A DNA stretch of 64,000 nucleotides, from positions 3,706-67,705 of the forward strand of contig NZ_JAPYPS010000016.1 of assembly GCF_029937575.1 (NCBI RefSeq). Reading direction: 5' to 3'. The notes under the pieces are model-generated. The model was given only the letters and a program-made list of their open reading frames with translations. It was not told where the DNA came from and made no database searches. Within the stretch, counting starts at the first letter, position 1. Each line of letters starts with the position of its first letter. Made by a program: the position numbers and the translations under genes. This document shows, piece by piece, positions 36,164 to 44,793 of the stretch. The DNA is from Nocardioides sp. (GTDB lineage Bacteria; Actinomycetota; Actinomycetes; Propionibacteriales; Nocardioidaceae).

Positions 36164-37624
36164 CGCGAGCGTCTTGGTCTCGAGGTACTCCTCGAAGCCG
36201 GCGACGCCCATCTCGCGTCCGATGCCGGAGTGCTTGTAGCCGCCGAAGGGCGCGTCCGGGCTGAACCACACGCCACCGTTGACGGCCAGCGTGCCGGTGC
36301 GGATGCGAGCGGCGACCGCGGTGGCGCGCTCGAGGGAGCCCGAGTCCACGGAGCCGGAGAGCCCGTAGGCCGAGTCGTTGGCGATGCGGACGGCGTCGTC
36401 GTCGCCGTCGTGCGCGATCACGACGAGCACCGGACCGAAGATCTCCTCCTGGGCGAGCCGCGAGGAGTTGTCGAGGCCGGCGATCACCGTGGGCTGGATC
36501 CAGTAGCCGTCCTGCTCGATGACCGCGCCGCCCGTGGCGAAGGTGCCGCCCTCCTCGACCGCCAGTCGCAGGTAGGCCTCCACCCGATCGCGCTGGACCG
36601 CAGAGATCACCGGGCCGCAGATGGCGCCGGGGTCGGACGGGTCCTTGGCCCCGATCGACTCCATCGTGGCGGCCGCGACCTGCACCGCCTCGTCGTACTT
36701 CTCGCGCGGGACGACGAGACGCGTGGTGATCGCGCAGCCCTGTCCCGCGTGGATGCACGCGGCGAACGCCGTGGCACCGGCCACCGCTCCCACGTCGGCG
36801 TCGTCGAGCGCGATCGCGGCCGACTTGCCGCCGAGCTCGAGGAAGACCCGCTTCAACGACGGTGCCGCGGCGGCCATGATCGCCTTGCCCACGCCGGTCG
36901 ACCCGGTGAAGGAGACCATGTCGACGCGCTCGTCGGTCGAGAGCACCGAGGCGACCTCGTTGGAGCGCGGCGTGACGACGTTGAGCACGCCGGCCGGGAT
37001 GTCGGTGTGCTCGGCGGCGAGCCGACCGAGCTCGCAGGCCACCCACGGTGTGTCCGGTGCCGGCTTGAGGACGACTGTGCACCCGGCCGCCAGGGCCGGG
37101 CCGATCTTGGCGAGGTTGATCTGGGTGGGGACGTTCCACGGCGTGATCGCAGCGACCACACCGATCGGCTCGCGCCGGACCGTGCGTCGCGAGGCGATGC
37201 CCATCGGGGAGGCGACACCGAGGTCGCTCTCGAAGGCGTAGGTCTCGGCGAGGTCGGTGACCCACTTCAGTCCGTCGACCGGCACGTCGAAGCCGGCAGC
37301 GCCCATCATGAAGTCGGGCATGCCGACCTCGGCGCGGGTGAGCGCCCGGAAGTCGTCGGCGTTGTCGAGCAGCGCCTGGTGGAGCTGGCGCAGGCAGCGC
37401 ACGCGCAGCTCGACGTCGGTGGACCAGTCGGACTCGTCGAAGGCCCGACGGGCGGCAGCGATCGCTCCCTCCACGTCCGCGGCCGTCCCGTCGGGGGCTT
37501 GGCCGATCTCGCGGCCCGTGGCGGGATTGAGGATCGGGTACGTCGTGCCGTCCGAGGCGCCGACGAGCTTGCCGTCGATCAGCTGCTGCGGTGGCGGCGT
37601 CGACAGGACGGGCGTGTCGCTCAC
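36152..37624 (-). CDS. NAD-dependent aldehyde dehydrogenase
   Basis: GTG 37624 (VSDTPVL) overlaps the upstream stop (GTGA). Motifs ITPWNVP, FTGSTGVGK, ELGGKSA (catalytic Glu) and GQGCAI (catalytic Cys). Confidence 0.9.
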   Translation of the reverse strand: MSDTPVLSTPPPQQLIDGKLVGASDGTTYPILNPATGREIGQAPDGTAADVEGAIAAARRAFDESDWSTDVELRVRCLRQLHQALLDNADDFRALTRAEVGMPDFMMGAAGFDVPVDGLKWVTDLAETYAFESDLGVASPMGIASRRTVRREPIGVVAAITPWNVPTQINLAKIGPALAAGCTVVLKPAPDTPWVACELGRLAAEHTDIPAGVLNVVTPRSNEVASVLSTDERVDMVSFTGSTGVGKAIMAAAAPSLKRVFLELGGKSAAIALDDADVGAVAGATAFAACIHAGQGCAITTRLVVPREKYDEAVQVAAATMESIGAKDPSDPGAICGPVISAVQRDRVEAYLRLAVEEGGTFATGGAVIEQDGYWIQPTVIAGLDNSSRLAQEEIFGPVLVVIAHDGDDDAVRIANDSAYGLSGSVDSGSLERATAVAARIRTGTLAVNGGVWFSPDAPFGGYKHSGIGREMGVAGFEEYLETKTLAFPA

Positions 37625-38259
37625 TGGACGGGCTCCCCTGCTGAGGTCTGGGTGACGTAGTCGCCGCGCTCGACGGGCGGTGGCCACACGGGAGAGGGGA
37701 TCTCGTCGTAGTGGTAGTGCCCGGGGACATCGTGACCGGCGACCTCCATCCGCTTGAGCAGGGTCTCGGGGGCCTTGCCGGCCTTGATGATCTCGACGAA
37801 GGTGTGCGCGGTCGACGGCATGTCGAACCAGTCGCGCTGCCAGGCGAACTTCAGCAGCCCGTCGTCGGCCCCGCCGACCTGGCGCTCGACGCCGAACCAC
37901 GAGCCGCCGATCCCGAGGATCTCGTACTCCCGGCCGGTCTCGTCGTTGACGATCCCGGACTTCTGCTTCCAGAAGCCGAGCACCATGCCCTTCGCCTCGT
38001 CGATCATCGAGCACTGGTAGTCGTAGTGCCAGCCGTCGAGACCGTCCATCTCGATACCGATGGCCCAGTCCCGGATCTGGTCGCGCCCGACCGCCATGAA
38101 GTGCTCGTCGGGGCTGTACATCCAGCCGTACGACGCGTCCTCGGCGTACCACTGCGCCATCGCCCGCCAGTCGCCCGAGGCCTCTGCCTCGCGGTTGACC
38201 TGGAGCCAGGTCTCCCAGAACTCCTCGATCTCTGCGCGGGTCAACGTGCTCTCGGTCAT
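37621..38259 (-). CDS. NTF2-like (SnoaL-type) protein, counterpart of the conserved hypothetical next to mycobacterial cyp51
   Basis: ATG 38259 (MTESTLTRAEIEEFWETWLQVN) forms an ATGA overlap with the ferredoxin stop. The assignment is by position and fold-type composition only. Confidence 0.65.
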   Translation of the reverse strand: MTESTLTRAEIEEFWETWLQVNREAEASGDWRAMAQWYAEDASYGWMYSPDEHFMAVGRDQIRDWAIGIEMDGLDGWHYDYQCSMIDEAKGMVLGFWKQKSGIVNDETGREYEILGIGGSWFGVERQVGGADDGLLKFAWQRDWFDMPSTAHTFVEIIKAGKAPETLLKRMEVAGHDVPGHYHYDEIPSPVWPPPVERGDYVTQTSAGEPVQ

Positions 38260-38465
38260 GACCGGTCCTCCTCGATCGCCAGCGCCATCGCTGGGCAGTA
38301 GGTGACGGCCGCAACGACCTGCGACCGGAGACTCTCGTCGGGGCTCTCGTCGAGGACGACGACGACGTCGGCCTCCTCGTCGAAGGCGAAGACGTCGGGC
38401 GCCTCGCCCTGGCACATCTGGTGGCCTTGGCAGATGTCGCGGTCCGCGACGACGTGCAGGCTCAC
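38256..38465 (-). CDS. Small single-cluster ferredoxin (3Fe-4S type)
   Basis: A 69-aa tail of ORF 38256..39359, starting at GTG 38465: VSLHVVADRDICQGHQMCQGEAPDVF...TYCPAMAL. There is a GTGA overlap with the CYP51 stop. Confidence 0.8.
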   Translation of the reverse strand: MSLHVVADRDICQGHQMCQGEAPDVFAFDEEADVVVVLDESPDESLRSQVVAAVTYCPAMALAIEEDRS

Positions 38466-39838
38466 TGCTGGCGCCGCACGTAGCGGGCCCGACACGGCCG
38501 CTGCAGCTGGATGACCATCTTGGAGTAGTCGTCGCGATAGGTCTCGCTGGGTTGGACGAGCTCGAACTCGAAGTCGCGCAGCAGCACCGAGAAGATCGCC
38601 TTGATCTGCATCATCGCGAAGGCATTGCCCACGCAGCGGTGCTTCCCGGCGCCGAACGGGATCCAGGTCCAGCGGTTCTGCAGGTCCTCCTGGCGTCCGT
38701 CGCGATACCGCGTCGGATCGAAGGACTGCGGCTCCGGGAAGTCCTCGGCGAGCCGGTTGGAGACCCGCGGCGACGACGCCACGATCGTGCCCGGGGGGAT
38801 CAGGTGACCGGCGAGCTCGATCTCCTCGACGACCTGGCGCATCAGGATGATCAGCGGCGGGTGCAGGCGCAGGGTCTCCTTGATCACCGACTCGAGCTGG
38901 GGGATCGAGCGCAGCGCCTGGAAGGAGATCTCCACGCGACCGTCGGGGCCGTCGGCGTACAGGTCGTCGAGCTCGGTGACCACCTCGGCCATCACGTCGG
39001 GGTGCCGCATCAGCTCGATCAGGCTCCACGCCGAGGTGCCGGACGAGGTGTGGTGGCCGGCGAAGAGCATCGAGATGAAGACGCCGGTGATGTAGTCGGC
39101 ACTCATGTCCAGCGAGATCAGCACGTCGAGCAGGTCGCGCTGGTCCTTGGGCACGGTGCCCCGCACCCGACGGCGGTCGATGATGTCCTGCACCAGCGCG
39201 ACCAGCGTCTCGCGCGAGCGGTCGCGGATCTCGAAGGACTCGACGCCCTCCATGTAGGGGTCGACGTAGGCGAGCGCGTCGGTGCCGCGCTCGAGCCCGT
39301 GGTAGGCCGCCGCGAAGCGGGCGTCGATCTCCTCGCGGAACGGCAGCCCGACCAGGCACGCGGCGGTGTTGTAGATCGTGAGCTCGGCGAAGAAGTCGAG
39401 CAGGTCGACCTCACCCTCGTCGCCCCAGTCGGCGACCATCCGGTTGATCTCGTTCTCGATGGTGGTGGCGTGCCCGCGCATCTGGTCGCCGCGCAGCGCC
39501 TGGTTCTTCAGGGCCTGCTGGCGCTCCTCCGGCGAGGCGTCGAAGACCACGCCGTGGCCGAAGATCGGCGTCATGAACGGGTAGGCCGCGGCCTGGTCGA
39601 GGGTCGACTCGGGCGCCTTGAAGAACTGCTCGTTGGCCTCCGCACCCGTCACCATGATCACCTCCTTGTCGGCGATCCGGAACCGGCCGATGGCGCCGCA
39701 CTCGGCGTACACGCGCTCGAGCAGGGCGACCGGGTCGGTGCGGAGCTCGGCGAGGTGCCCGTGGCCGTCCTCGTCGGGGACGGCGACGGAGACCTCGGGG
39801 ATGTCGGCGACTCCGAGCGTGCGGTCGGTGACGGTCAT
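38462..39838 (-). CDS. cyp51: Cytochrome P450 CYP51 (sterol 14-alpha-demethylase family)
   Basis: ATG 39838 (MTVTDRTLG). Motifs AYPFMTPIFGHGVVFDASPE, LDFFAELTIY, FAGHHTSSGT, LRLHPPLIILMR and the heme loop WIPFGAGKHRCVG. These are near-colinear with my recollection of M. tuberculosis Rv0764c. Confidence 0.9.
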   Translation of the reverse strand: MTVTDRTLGVADIPEVSVAVPDEDGHGHLAELRTDPVALLERVYAECGAIGRFRIADKEVIMVTGAEANEQFFKAPESTLDQAAAYPFMTPIFGHGVVFDASPEERQQALKNQALRGDQMRGHATTIENEINRMVADWGDEGEVDLLDFFAELTIYNTAACLVGLPFREEIDARFAAAYHGLERGTDALAYVDPYMEGVESFEIRDRSRETLVALVQDIIDRRRVRGTVPKDQRDLLDVLISLDMSADYITGVFISMLFAGHHTSSGTSAWSLIELMRHPDVMAEVVTELDDLYADGPDGRVEISFQALRSIPQLESVIKETLRLHPPLIILMRQVVEEIELAGHLIPPGTIVASSPRVSNRLAEDFPEPQSFDPTRYRDGRQEDLQNRWTWIPFGAGKHRCVGNAFAMMQIKAIFSVLLRDFEFELVQPSETYRDDYSKMVIQLQRPCRARYVRRQQ

Positions 39839-40620
39839 GCGGGGTCCTCCACGGGTGCTTCGGGTGAGACTTCGATGAGGTTGAGGTGGACGCCGCGCGG
39901 GGCGGCGACGACCATCGCGATCGCGTCGGCGATCGCTTGCGGCTTCATGAAGTGCGGGTGGCGGGCGAGGCCGAACCTCACCCAGGCGTTGAGCACCGTG
40001 GCCGCCTCGTCGGCGTCCCAGTCGGCGCCCATCTCGCTCCACGTCGGGCCGGGCCGCACGATCGAGGCCCGGACGCCGGAGCCCTCGAGCTCCATCTGCA
40101 GCGCGTGGGCCATCCCCTCCAGCCCCCACTTGCCGGCGGCGTACGACGACATGAACGGGCGGGCGCGTACCGCGACGTCGGAGGAGACGAAGACGACGTC
40201 CCCGCGACGACGCTCGATCATCGCCGGCACGAAGGCACGCACGAGGCGGTGCGCGCCGGTGATGTTGAGGTCCAGTTCGCGGGAGAACCGCTCGGAGTCG
40301 ACCTCGGCGATCAGCCCTGGCGCGACCGCGCCGGCGTTGGAGACGACGGTCTCGATGTCGCCCAGCGCCTCGGTGACCTCGACGGTGAACTGCTTGACCG
40401 AGTCGTCGTCGGTGATGTCGAGTGCGGCGACCGCGACCTCTCCCCCGGTCTCGCGGATCTGCGCGGCGACCTCCTCGAGCTTGTCGACGCGGCGAGCACC
40501 CAGCGCGACCGGGTAGCCGGCCGCAGCGAAGGTCAACGCCGTCGCGGCGCCGATCCCGGACGAGGCGCCGGTGATGACGGCCGGGCGTCGCTCAGGACGC
40601 TCGTACGTGGCTCTGCCCAT
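39835..40620 (-). CDS. SDR-family oxidoreductase
   Basis: VITGASSGIG, NAG, and YAAGKWG (YxxxK). Confidence 0.88.
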   Translation of the reverse strand: MGRATYERPERRPAVITGASSGIGAATALTFAAAGYPVALGARRVDKLEEVAAQIRETGGEVAVAALDITDDDSVKQFTVEVTEALGDIETVVSNAGAVAPGLIAEVDSERFSRELDLNITGAHRLVRAFVPAMIERRRGDVVFVSSDVAVRARPFMSSYAAGKWGLEGMAHALQMELEGSGVRASIVRPGPTWSEMGADWDADEAATVLNAWVRFGLARHPHFMKPQAIADAIAMVVAAPRGVHLNLIEVSPEAPVEDPA

Positions 40621-40623
40621 GCC

Positions 40624-41928
40624 TCAGCGCACCTCGATCGAGGGGACCGGGACCGAGGAGAATCCGCGCACGCTGACCGAGTGCACGCGCAGGCACTCGT
40701 CGTGGGCGACCTGGATCCGCTTCACCCGGGTGACCAGCTCGCGCAGCGCGATCCGCGCCTCGAGCCGCGCCAGGTTGGCACCGAGGCAGAAGTGCCGCCC
40801 CCCGCCGAAGCTGACCGACTGCGACAGCTCCTCCTTCGGCCTGTGGAGGTCGAACTCGTCGGCCCTGGTGAAGACGCGCTCGTCGCGGTTGGCCGAGCCG
40901 ATGCACAGCGCGAGCTTGGCGCCGGCCGGCGCGACGACACCCTCGACCTCGACGTCGGCCAGGAGGTGTCGGGCCAGCACCTGGCTGGAGGTGTCGAAGC
41001 GCAGGGTCTCCTCGATCCACGGGTCGACCAGGTCGAGACCCGACGCCAGCTCTGGTGCGGCGAAGACGTCGTCGTACTGGCTCGGGTGGCGGGTCAGGTG
41101 GAACAACGCGTGACCGAGCAGCTTGGTGGTCGTCTCGTTGCCGGCCACGACCATCAGGAAGAGGAACGCGATGATCTCGTCGTCCTCGAGCTTGTCGCCG
41201 TCGATCTCGGCGGCCAGCAGCGCCGAGGTGAGGTCGTCGGTCGGCTGCTTCTTGCGCGCGGCGACCATCTCGGCGTAGTAGACGACGAGGTCCAGCGACG
41301 CGGTCACGCCCGCCTCGGGTACGTCGTGCACGCCGTCCTCGCGGTGCACCACGACGTCGGCCAGGCGCCGCACCTCGTCCCGGTCGGCCTGCGGCACCCC
41401 CATCATCTCGGAGATGACGTCCATCGGGAGCAAGCCTGCGAAGTCCTTGATCCAGTCGAACCCCTGCCCACTCTCGGCGAGCTCGACGCAACGGGTGAGG
41501 TAGCGGTCGGTGAGGCGCTCGATCTGCGGCGCGAGCTCGGTGACCCGGCGCGGCGTGAAGCCCTTGGACACCAGCGAGCGCAGCCGCTTCTGCCGGTCAC
41601 CGTCCATCCCGAGGAACGACATCACCTTGTGGGCGTGCGGTCCCCAGGCACTGGGCTCGAGGGAGACCCCCATCGCGTTGGAGTAGACGCCCTCGGTGCG
41701 GAACGCCTGCTGCACGTCGGCGTGGCGAGTGAGGACCCAGAAGTCGTGGGTCGTGTTGTGGTGCAGGGGCTCCTCGGCGCGGCAGCGGGCGTAGACCGGG
41801 TAGGGGTCCTCCTGGAAGCCGTAGTCGAACGGGTCGAAGACGATCGGGCCAGATCCGGTCGGGCCAGATCCGGTCGGGCCGGGTCCGGTCGGGTCGCCGG
41901 CGTCGCGGCGGGTGTCGGTGGTCGTCAT
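40624..41928 (-). CDS. Cytochrome P450 (CYP123-like by sequence recollection and position)
   Basis: ATG 41928 (MTTTDTRRD). Motifs VVAGNETT, EETLRFD and the heme loop FGGGRHFCLGANLAR. The ORF-track extension to 42609 overlaps the TetR gene in another frame and was rejected. Confidence 0.88.
   Translation of the reverse strand: MTTTDTRRDAGDPTGPGPTGSGPTGSGPIVFDPFDYGFQEDPYPVYARCRAEEPLHHNTTHDFWVLTRHADVQQAFRTEGVYSNAMGVSLEPSAWGPHAHKVMSFLGMDGDRQKRLRSLVSKGFTPRRVTELAPQIERLTDRYLTRCVELAESGQGFDWIKDFAGLLPMDVISEMMGVPQADRDEVRRLADVVVHREDGVHDVPEAGVTASLDLVVYYAEMVAARKKQPTDDLTSALLAAEIDGDKLEDDEIIAFLFLMVVAGNETTTKLLGHALFHLTRHPSQYDDVFAAPELASGLDLVDPWIEETLRFDTSSQVLARHLLADVEVEGVVAPAGAKLALCIGSANRDERVFTRADEFDLHRPKEELSQSVSFGGGRHFCLGANLARLEARIALRELVTRVKRIQVAHDECLRVHSVSVRGFSSVPVPSIEVR
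41845..41889. repeat. In-frame 15-bp tandem repeat (CGGGCCAGATCCGGT x2 plus one variant) at the 5' end of the P450 gene
   Basis: Encodes the (GPTGS)-type N-terminal tract. Confidence 0.8.
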
Positions 41929-42542
41929 CAGACGTTGCCTCGCAGGATCGTGGCGACGACGGTGTCGAGCCGGTCGCCCATCTCGGTGTAGGTCAGCAGG
42001 CCCATGCCCGCCTGCAGCAGGGCGCCGGAGAAGGCCAGGGTCAGTGCCTCGACGAGCTCCTCGTCCCCATCCCCGTTCCCATCCCCGGCCTCGTCTCCGG
42101 TCTCGTCTCCGGCGAGGGCGTCGCTGAAGCGCCGCACGAACTCGGCGCCGATCCGCAGCCGCAGGCGCTCCACGTCGGGGTCCGAGCTGAGCAGCGCCGG
42201 CGTGACCGCGGCCGCCAGTTCGGGGGCGGCGGCCAGCCGCTGCGCCATCTGGCGGGTGACGCTGCGGACCCGGTCGACGGCGTCGGCGCCACTCGCCTCG
42301 TGCTCGGCGTCCTCGGCGAGGTAGCCGAGGAAGAGCTCGGCGAAGAGGTGGTTCTTCGAGGCCAGGTAGGTGTACGCGGTGGCGGGCGAGACCCCGGCGC
42401 GCGCGGCGACCGTGCGCACCGTGAGGGCCTCGTGGCCGACGGAGCGCAGCTCCTCGTCGCCGGCGACGAGGAGCTTGGTCAGCGTCTCCGCCTGCCGGGA
42501 CCGCAGGCCTTGCCGGGGACTTCTGAACACTTGACTGGACAC
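41928..42542 (-). CDS. TetR family transcriptional regulator (first gene of the P450/CYP51 string)
   Basis: HTH LTVRTVAARAGVSPATAYTYLASKNHLF. It starts at GTG 42542, and its stop shares 1 nt with the P450 ATG. Confidence 0.88.
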   Translation of the reverse strand: MSSQVFRSPRQGLRSRQAETLTKLLVAGDEELRSVGHEALTVRTVAARAGVSPATAYTYLASKNHLFAELFLGYLAEDAEHEASGADAVDRVRSVTRQMAQRLAAAPELAAAVTPALLSSDPDVERLRLRIGAEFVRRFSDALAGDETGDEAGDGNGDGDEELVEALTLAFSGALLQAGMGLLTYTEMGDRLDTVVATILRGNV

Positions 42543-42550
42543 GTGTCCAG
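42535..42550. promoter_or_regulatory. Perfect 16-bp palindrome CTGGACACGTGTCCAG overlapping the TetR start codon
   Basis: Read directly. It lies 2 nt from the KstR-type box. Confidence 0.5.
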
Positions 42551-42552
42551 AC

Positions 42553-42566
42553 TAGAACGAGTTCTC
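42553..42566. promoter_or_regulatory. KstR-type operator (TAGAACGAGTTCTC)
   Basis: One arm mismatch relative to TAGAAC-NN-GTTCTA. It lies 10 nt upstream of the TetR GTG 42542. Confidence 0.55.
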
Positions 42567-42755
42567 GGGCGCGCGCAAGGTCTCGCGTCGGGAGAGCCCG
42601 CTGAGTCACCGCCGAGCCCGTAGCGCGAGCACCCGCGCCAGGAATCGCGTGACCGGCAGCTCTCGCACCTGGCTCACGGACGCCTCACAGGAAGGGGACA
42701 TCCCCGAGGCCCACAGTCGGGGCACCGACGTACCCGACCTGACCAGGAGCCACCG

Positions 42756-44000
42756 ATGTCGACATCCAGCATCCCGACCCCTACCGCCGGACCGTCGCGC
42801 CCGCCGCGACGCCGTCACCTCCGCCGCGTGGCTGCTGCCGTCGGCGCAGCAGCGCTGACCGCGCCGTTCGTGCTCGGTGTCGGCGCGCTCGGGGCGTCCG
42901 CGGTCGGCCCCGCGTCCGCCGGCGCGTCGCTGACGGCCACCCCCGGCATCGTGCAGGCCGCCGACCGGGGCGGCTACGGACCCTTCGGCGGCTACGCGTA
43001 CGGCGGGGCCTCCGGCTACGCGTACGGGTACGGCGGCGGACAGGGCGACTCAGGCCTCTCCGGCCTGCCCGGAGGGACCACCAGCACCTCCCTGGACACC
43101 AGCGACGCGACGGAGGAGCAGTCGGTCGGCCTCGCCCTGATCACCAGCACGCTCGACTACGGGGCAGGCGAGGCAGCCGGCACCGGCATGGTGATCGACG
43201 CCGACGGTCTCGTGGTCACCAACCACCACGTCGTCGCGGACGCGACCTCGCTCGAGGTCACCATCGCCGAGACCGGCGAGACCTTCGAGGCGACGTACGT
43301 CGGCGGAGACGCCACCCGCGACGTGGCGGTCCTCCGACTGACCGGCGCCACCGAGCTCACCCCGGTGGACCTCGACCCGACCGGCGTCGCAGAGGGTGAC
43401 GTCGTCACCTCGATCGGGGATGCCGGCGGCGACGGCGGTTCGCTGACCGCGGCCAGCGGCACCGTGACCGACGCCCGGACCGGGATCGAGGTGAGCAACG
43501 ACGACGGGTCGACGTCGCGGTTGCGCGCGTTGATCGAGGTCGATGCCGACATCGTCCCCGGCGACTCCGGCGGCGCTCTGCTCGACGCGGATGGTGAGGT
43601 CGCCGGGATGAATGTCGCGGCGTCGGGCGGCGGCACCGACATCACGGGCTACGCCATCCCGATCACCCGGGTCCTGAGGATCACCGAGGCGATCATCGAC
43701 GGGGACACCAGCAACGGAGTCGTCCTCGGCTACGAGGCGTTCCTCGGCGTAGAGCTGTCCGGAGCTGGCACGTCACCCGTGCTGGCCGGGGTGCTCGACG
43801 GCACCGCCGCGGCCACGGCAGGACTCGCTGCCGGCGACACGGTCACCGCCGTGGGCGACATCACCGTGACCACCGCCGACGAGCTCTCGTCCGCGATCGC
43901 CACGCACGCGGCCGGCGAGACGGTCAGCATCGCCTGGACCGACTCCGACGGCGCCGACCACGAGGCCGAAGCGACCCTCGGGGCCGCCCCCATCGCCTGA
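42756..44000 (+). CDS. Secreted trypsin-like (S1C/HtrA-like) serine protease with a C-terminal PDZ domain
   Basis: VVTNHHV (His), RDVAVLRL (Asp) and GDSGGAL (Ser). PDZ-like region GVLDGTAAATAGLAAGDTVTAVGD. The N-terminal linker is Gly/Tyr-rich. Confidence 0.88.
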   Translation: MSTSSIPTPTAGPSRPPRRRHLRRVAAAVGAAALTAPFVLGVGALGASAVGPASAGASLTATPGIVQAADRGGYGPFGGYAYGGASGYAYGYGGGQGDSGLSGLPGGTTSTSLDTSDATEEQSVGLALITSTLDYGAGEAAGTGMVIDADGLVVTNHHVVADATSLEVTIAETGETFEATYVGGDATRDVAVLRLTGATELTPVDLDPTGVAEGDVVTSIGDAGGDGGSLTAASGTVTDARTGIEVSNDDGSTSRLRALIEVDADIVPGDSGGALLDADGEVAGMNVAASGGGTDITGYAIPITRVLRITEAIIDGDTSNGVVLGYEAFLGVELSGAGTSPVLAGVLDGTAAATAGLAAGDTVTAVGDITVTTADELSSAIATHAAGETVSIAWTDSDGADHEAEATLGAAPIA

Positions 44001-44002
44001 CG

Positions 44003-44030
44003 GGGGACAGGCCGGACCCCCGGTCTCCCC
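44003..44030 (+). terminator. Possible tail-less intrinsic terminator after the protease gene
   Basis: A GC-rich stem of about 11 bp with a 2-nt bulge, starting 3 nt after the stop. There is no U-tract. Confidence 0.3.
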
Positions 44031-44106
44031 TGACACCGCCCCGGCGCACAGGCACCCCACAGATCCGCCACACGGCCCGGCCAGTCGGGTCGGGCTGACT
44101 AGGGCG

Positions 44107-44150
44107 TGTCACCCCACGTTCACCCCGCGTCCGTCCCCACGTCACCGGCC
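44107..44150 (+). promoter_or_regulatory. PHO-box-like array: four 11-nt direct repeat units (TGTCACCCCAC GTTCACCCCGC GTCCGTCCCCA CGTCACCGGCC)
   Basis: The TCACC cores at 44109, 44120 and 44142 are spaced by 11 and 22 nt. The array lies 41-84 nt upstream of ATG 44191. Confidence 0.45.
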
Positions 44151-44190
44151 GCACCGGCCGGGCGGACGCATCAGACCAAGGAGCATGTTC

Positions 44191-44793
44191 ATGCAGCAGT
44201 ACTGGATGCTCGGCGCCGACCTCGTCGCGATCGCCGTGCTCGTCGGAGCCCTCTTCCTGCCCCGGCACGATCGTCGCGAGCTCGTCGTCGCCTACCTGGG
44301 CGTCAACATCGGCGTGCTGGCCGTGACCGCGACGCTGGCGACCAGCACCGTCGGCGCGGGCCTCGGCCTCGGCCTGTTCGGCGTCCTGTCGATCATCCGG
44401 CTTCGCTCCCAGGAGCTCGAGCACCACGAGATCGCCTACTACTTCGCCGCCCTGGCGATCGGCCTGCTCTGCGGTCTGGCCACCACCCCGACGTGGCTGC
44501 ACGGCGTGCTGCTGGTCGGCGTCCTGGCCGCGATCTGGGTCGGGGACCACCCGCGGATCGCCGAGACCGCGCAGCGCCAGGAGCTGGTGCTCGACCGCGC
44601 CTTCACCTGCGGGCCGGCCCTGACCGCCCACCTCGAGCACACGCTGGACGCCCACGTGCTCTCGGCCACCGTGCGTCGGACCGACCTGGTCAACGACACC
44701 ACCCTCGTCCAGGTGCGCTACCGAGCGACCACCGCCCCGCCTGCCGCCGACCCCACCCAGCCGGCCGTGCTGCGCACGAGTGGTGTGGCATGA
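44191..44793 (+). CDS. DUF4956-type integral membrane protein
   Basis: ORF 44185..44793. AAGGAG at 44178-44183 favours ATG 44191. It has several TM segments, then a soluble tail. Confidence 0.75.
   Translation: MQQYWMLGADLVAIAVLVGALFLPRHDRRELVVAYLGVNIGVLAVTATLATSTVGAGLGLGLFGVLSIIRLRSQELEHHEIAYYFAALAIGLLCGLATTPTWLHGVLLVGVLAAIWVGDHPRIAETAQRQELVLDRAFTCGPALTAHLEHTLDAHVLSATVRRTDLVNDTTLVQVRYRATTAPPAADPTQPAVLRTSGVA

Noticed and set aside
40624-42609. A 661-aa ORF suggesting a P450 with a 226-aa N-terminal extension
   Set aside because: The extension overlaps the TetR gene in another frame and is Arg-rich. The P450 body starts at ATG 41928, whose A is shared with the TetR stop.
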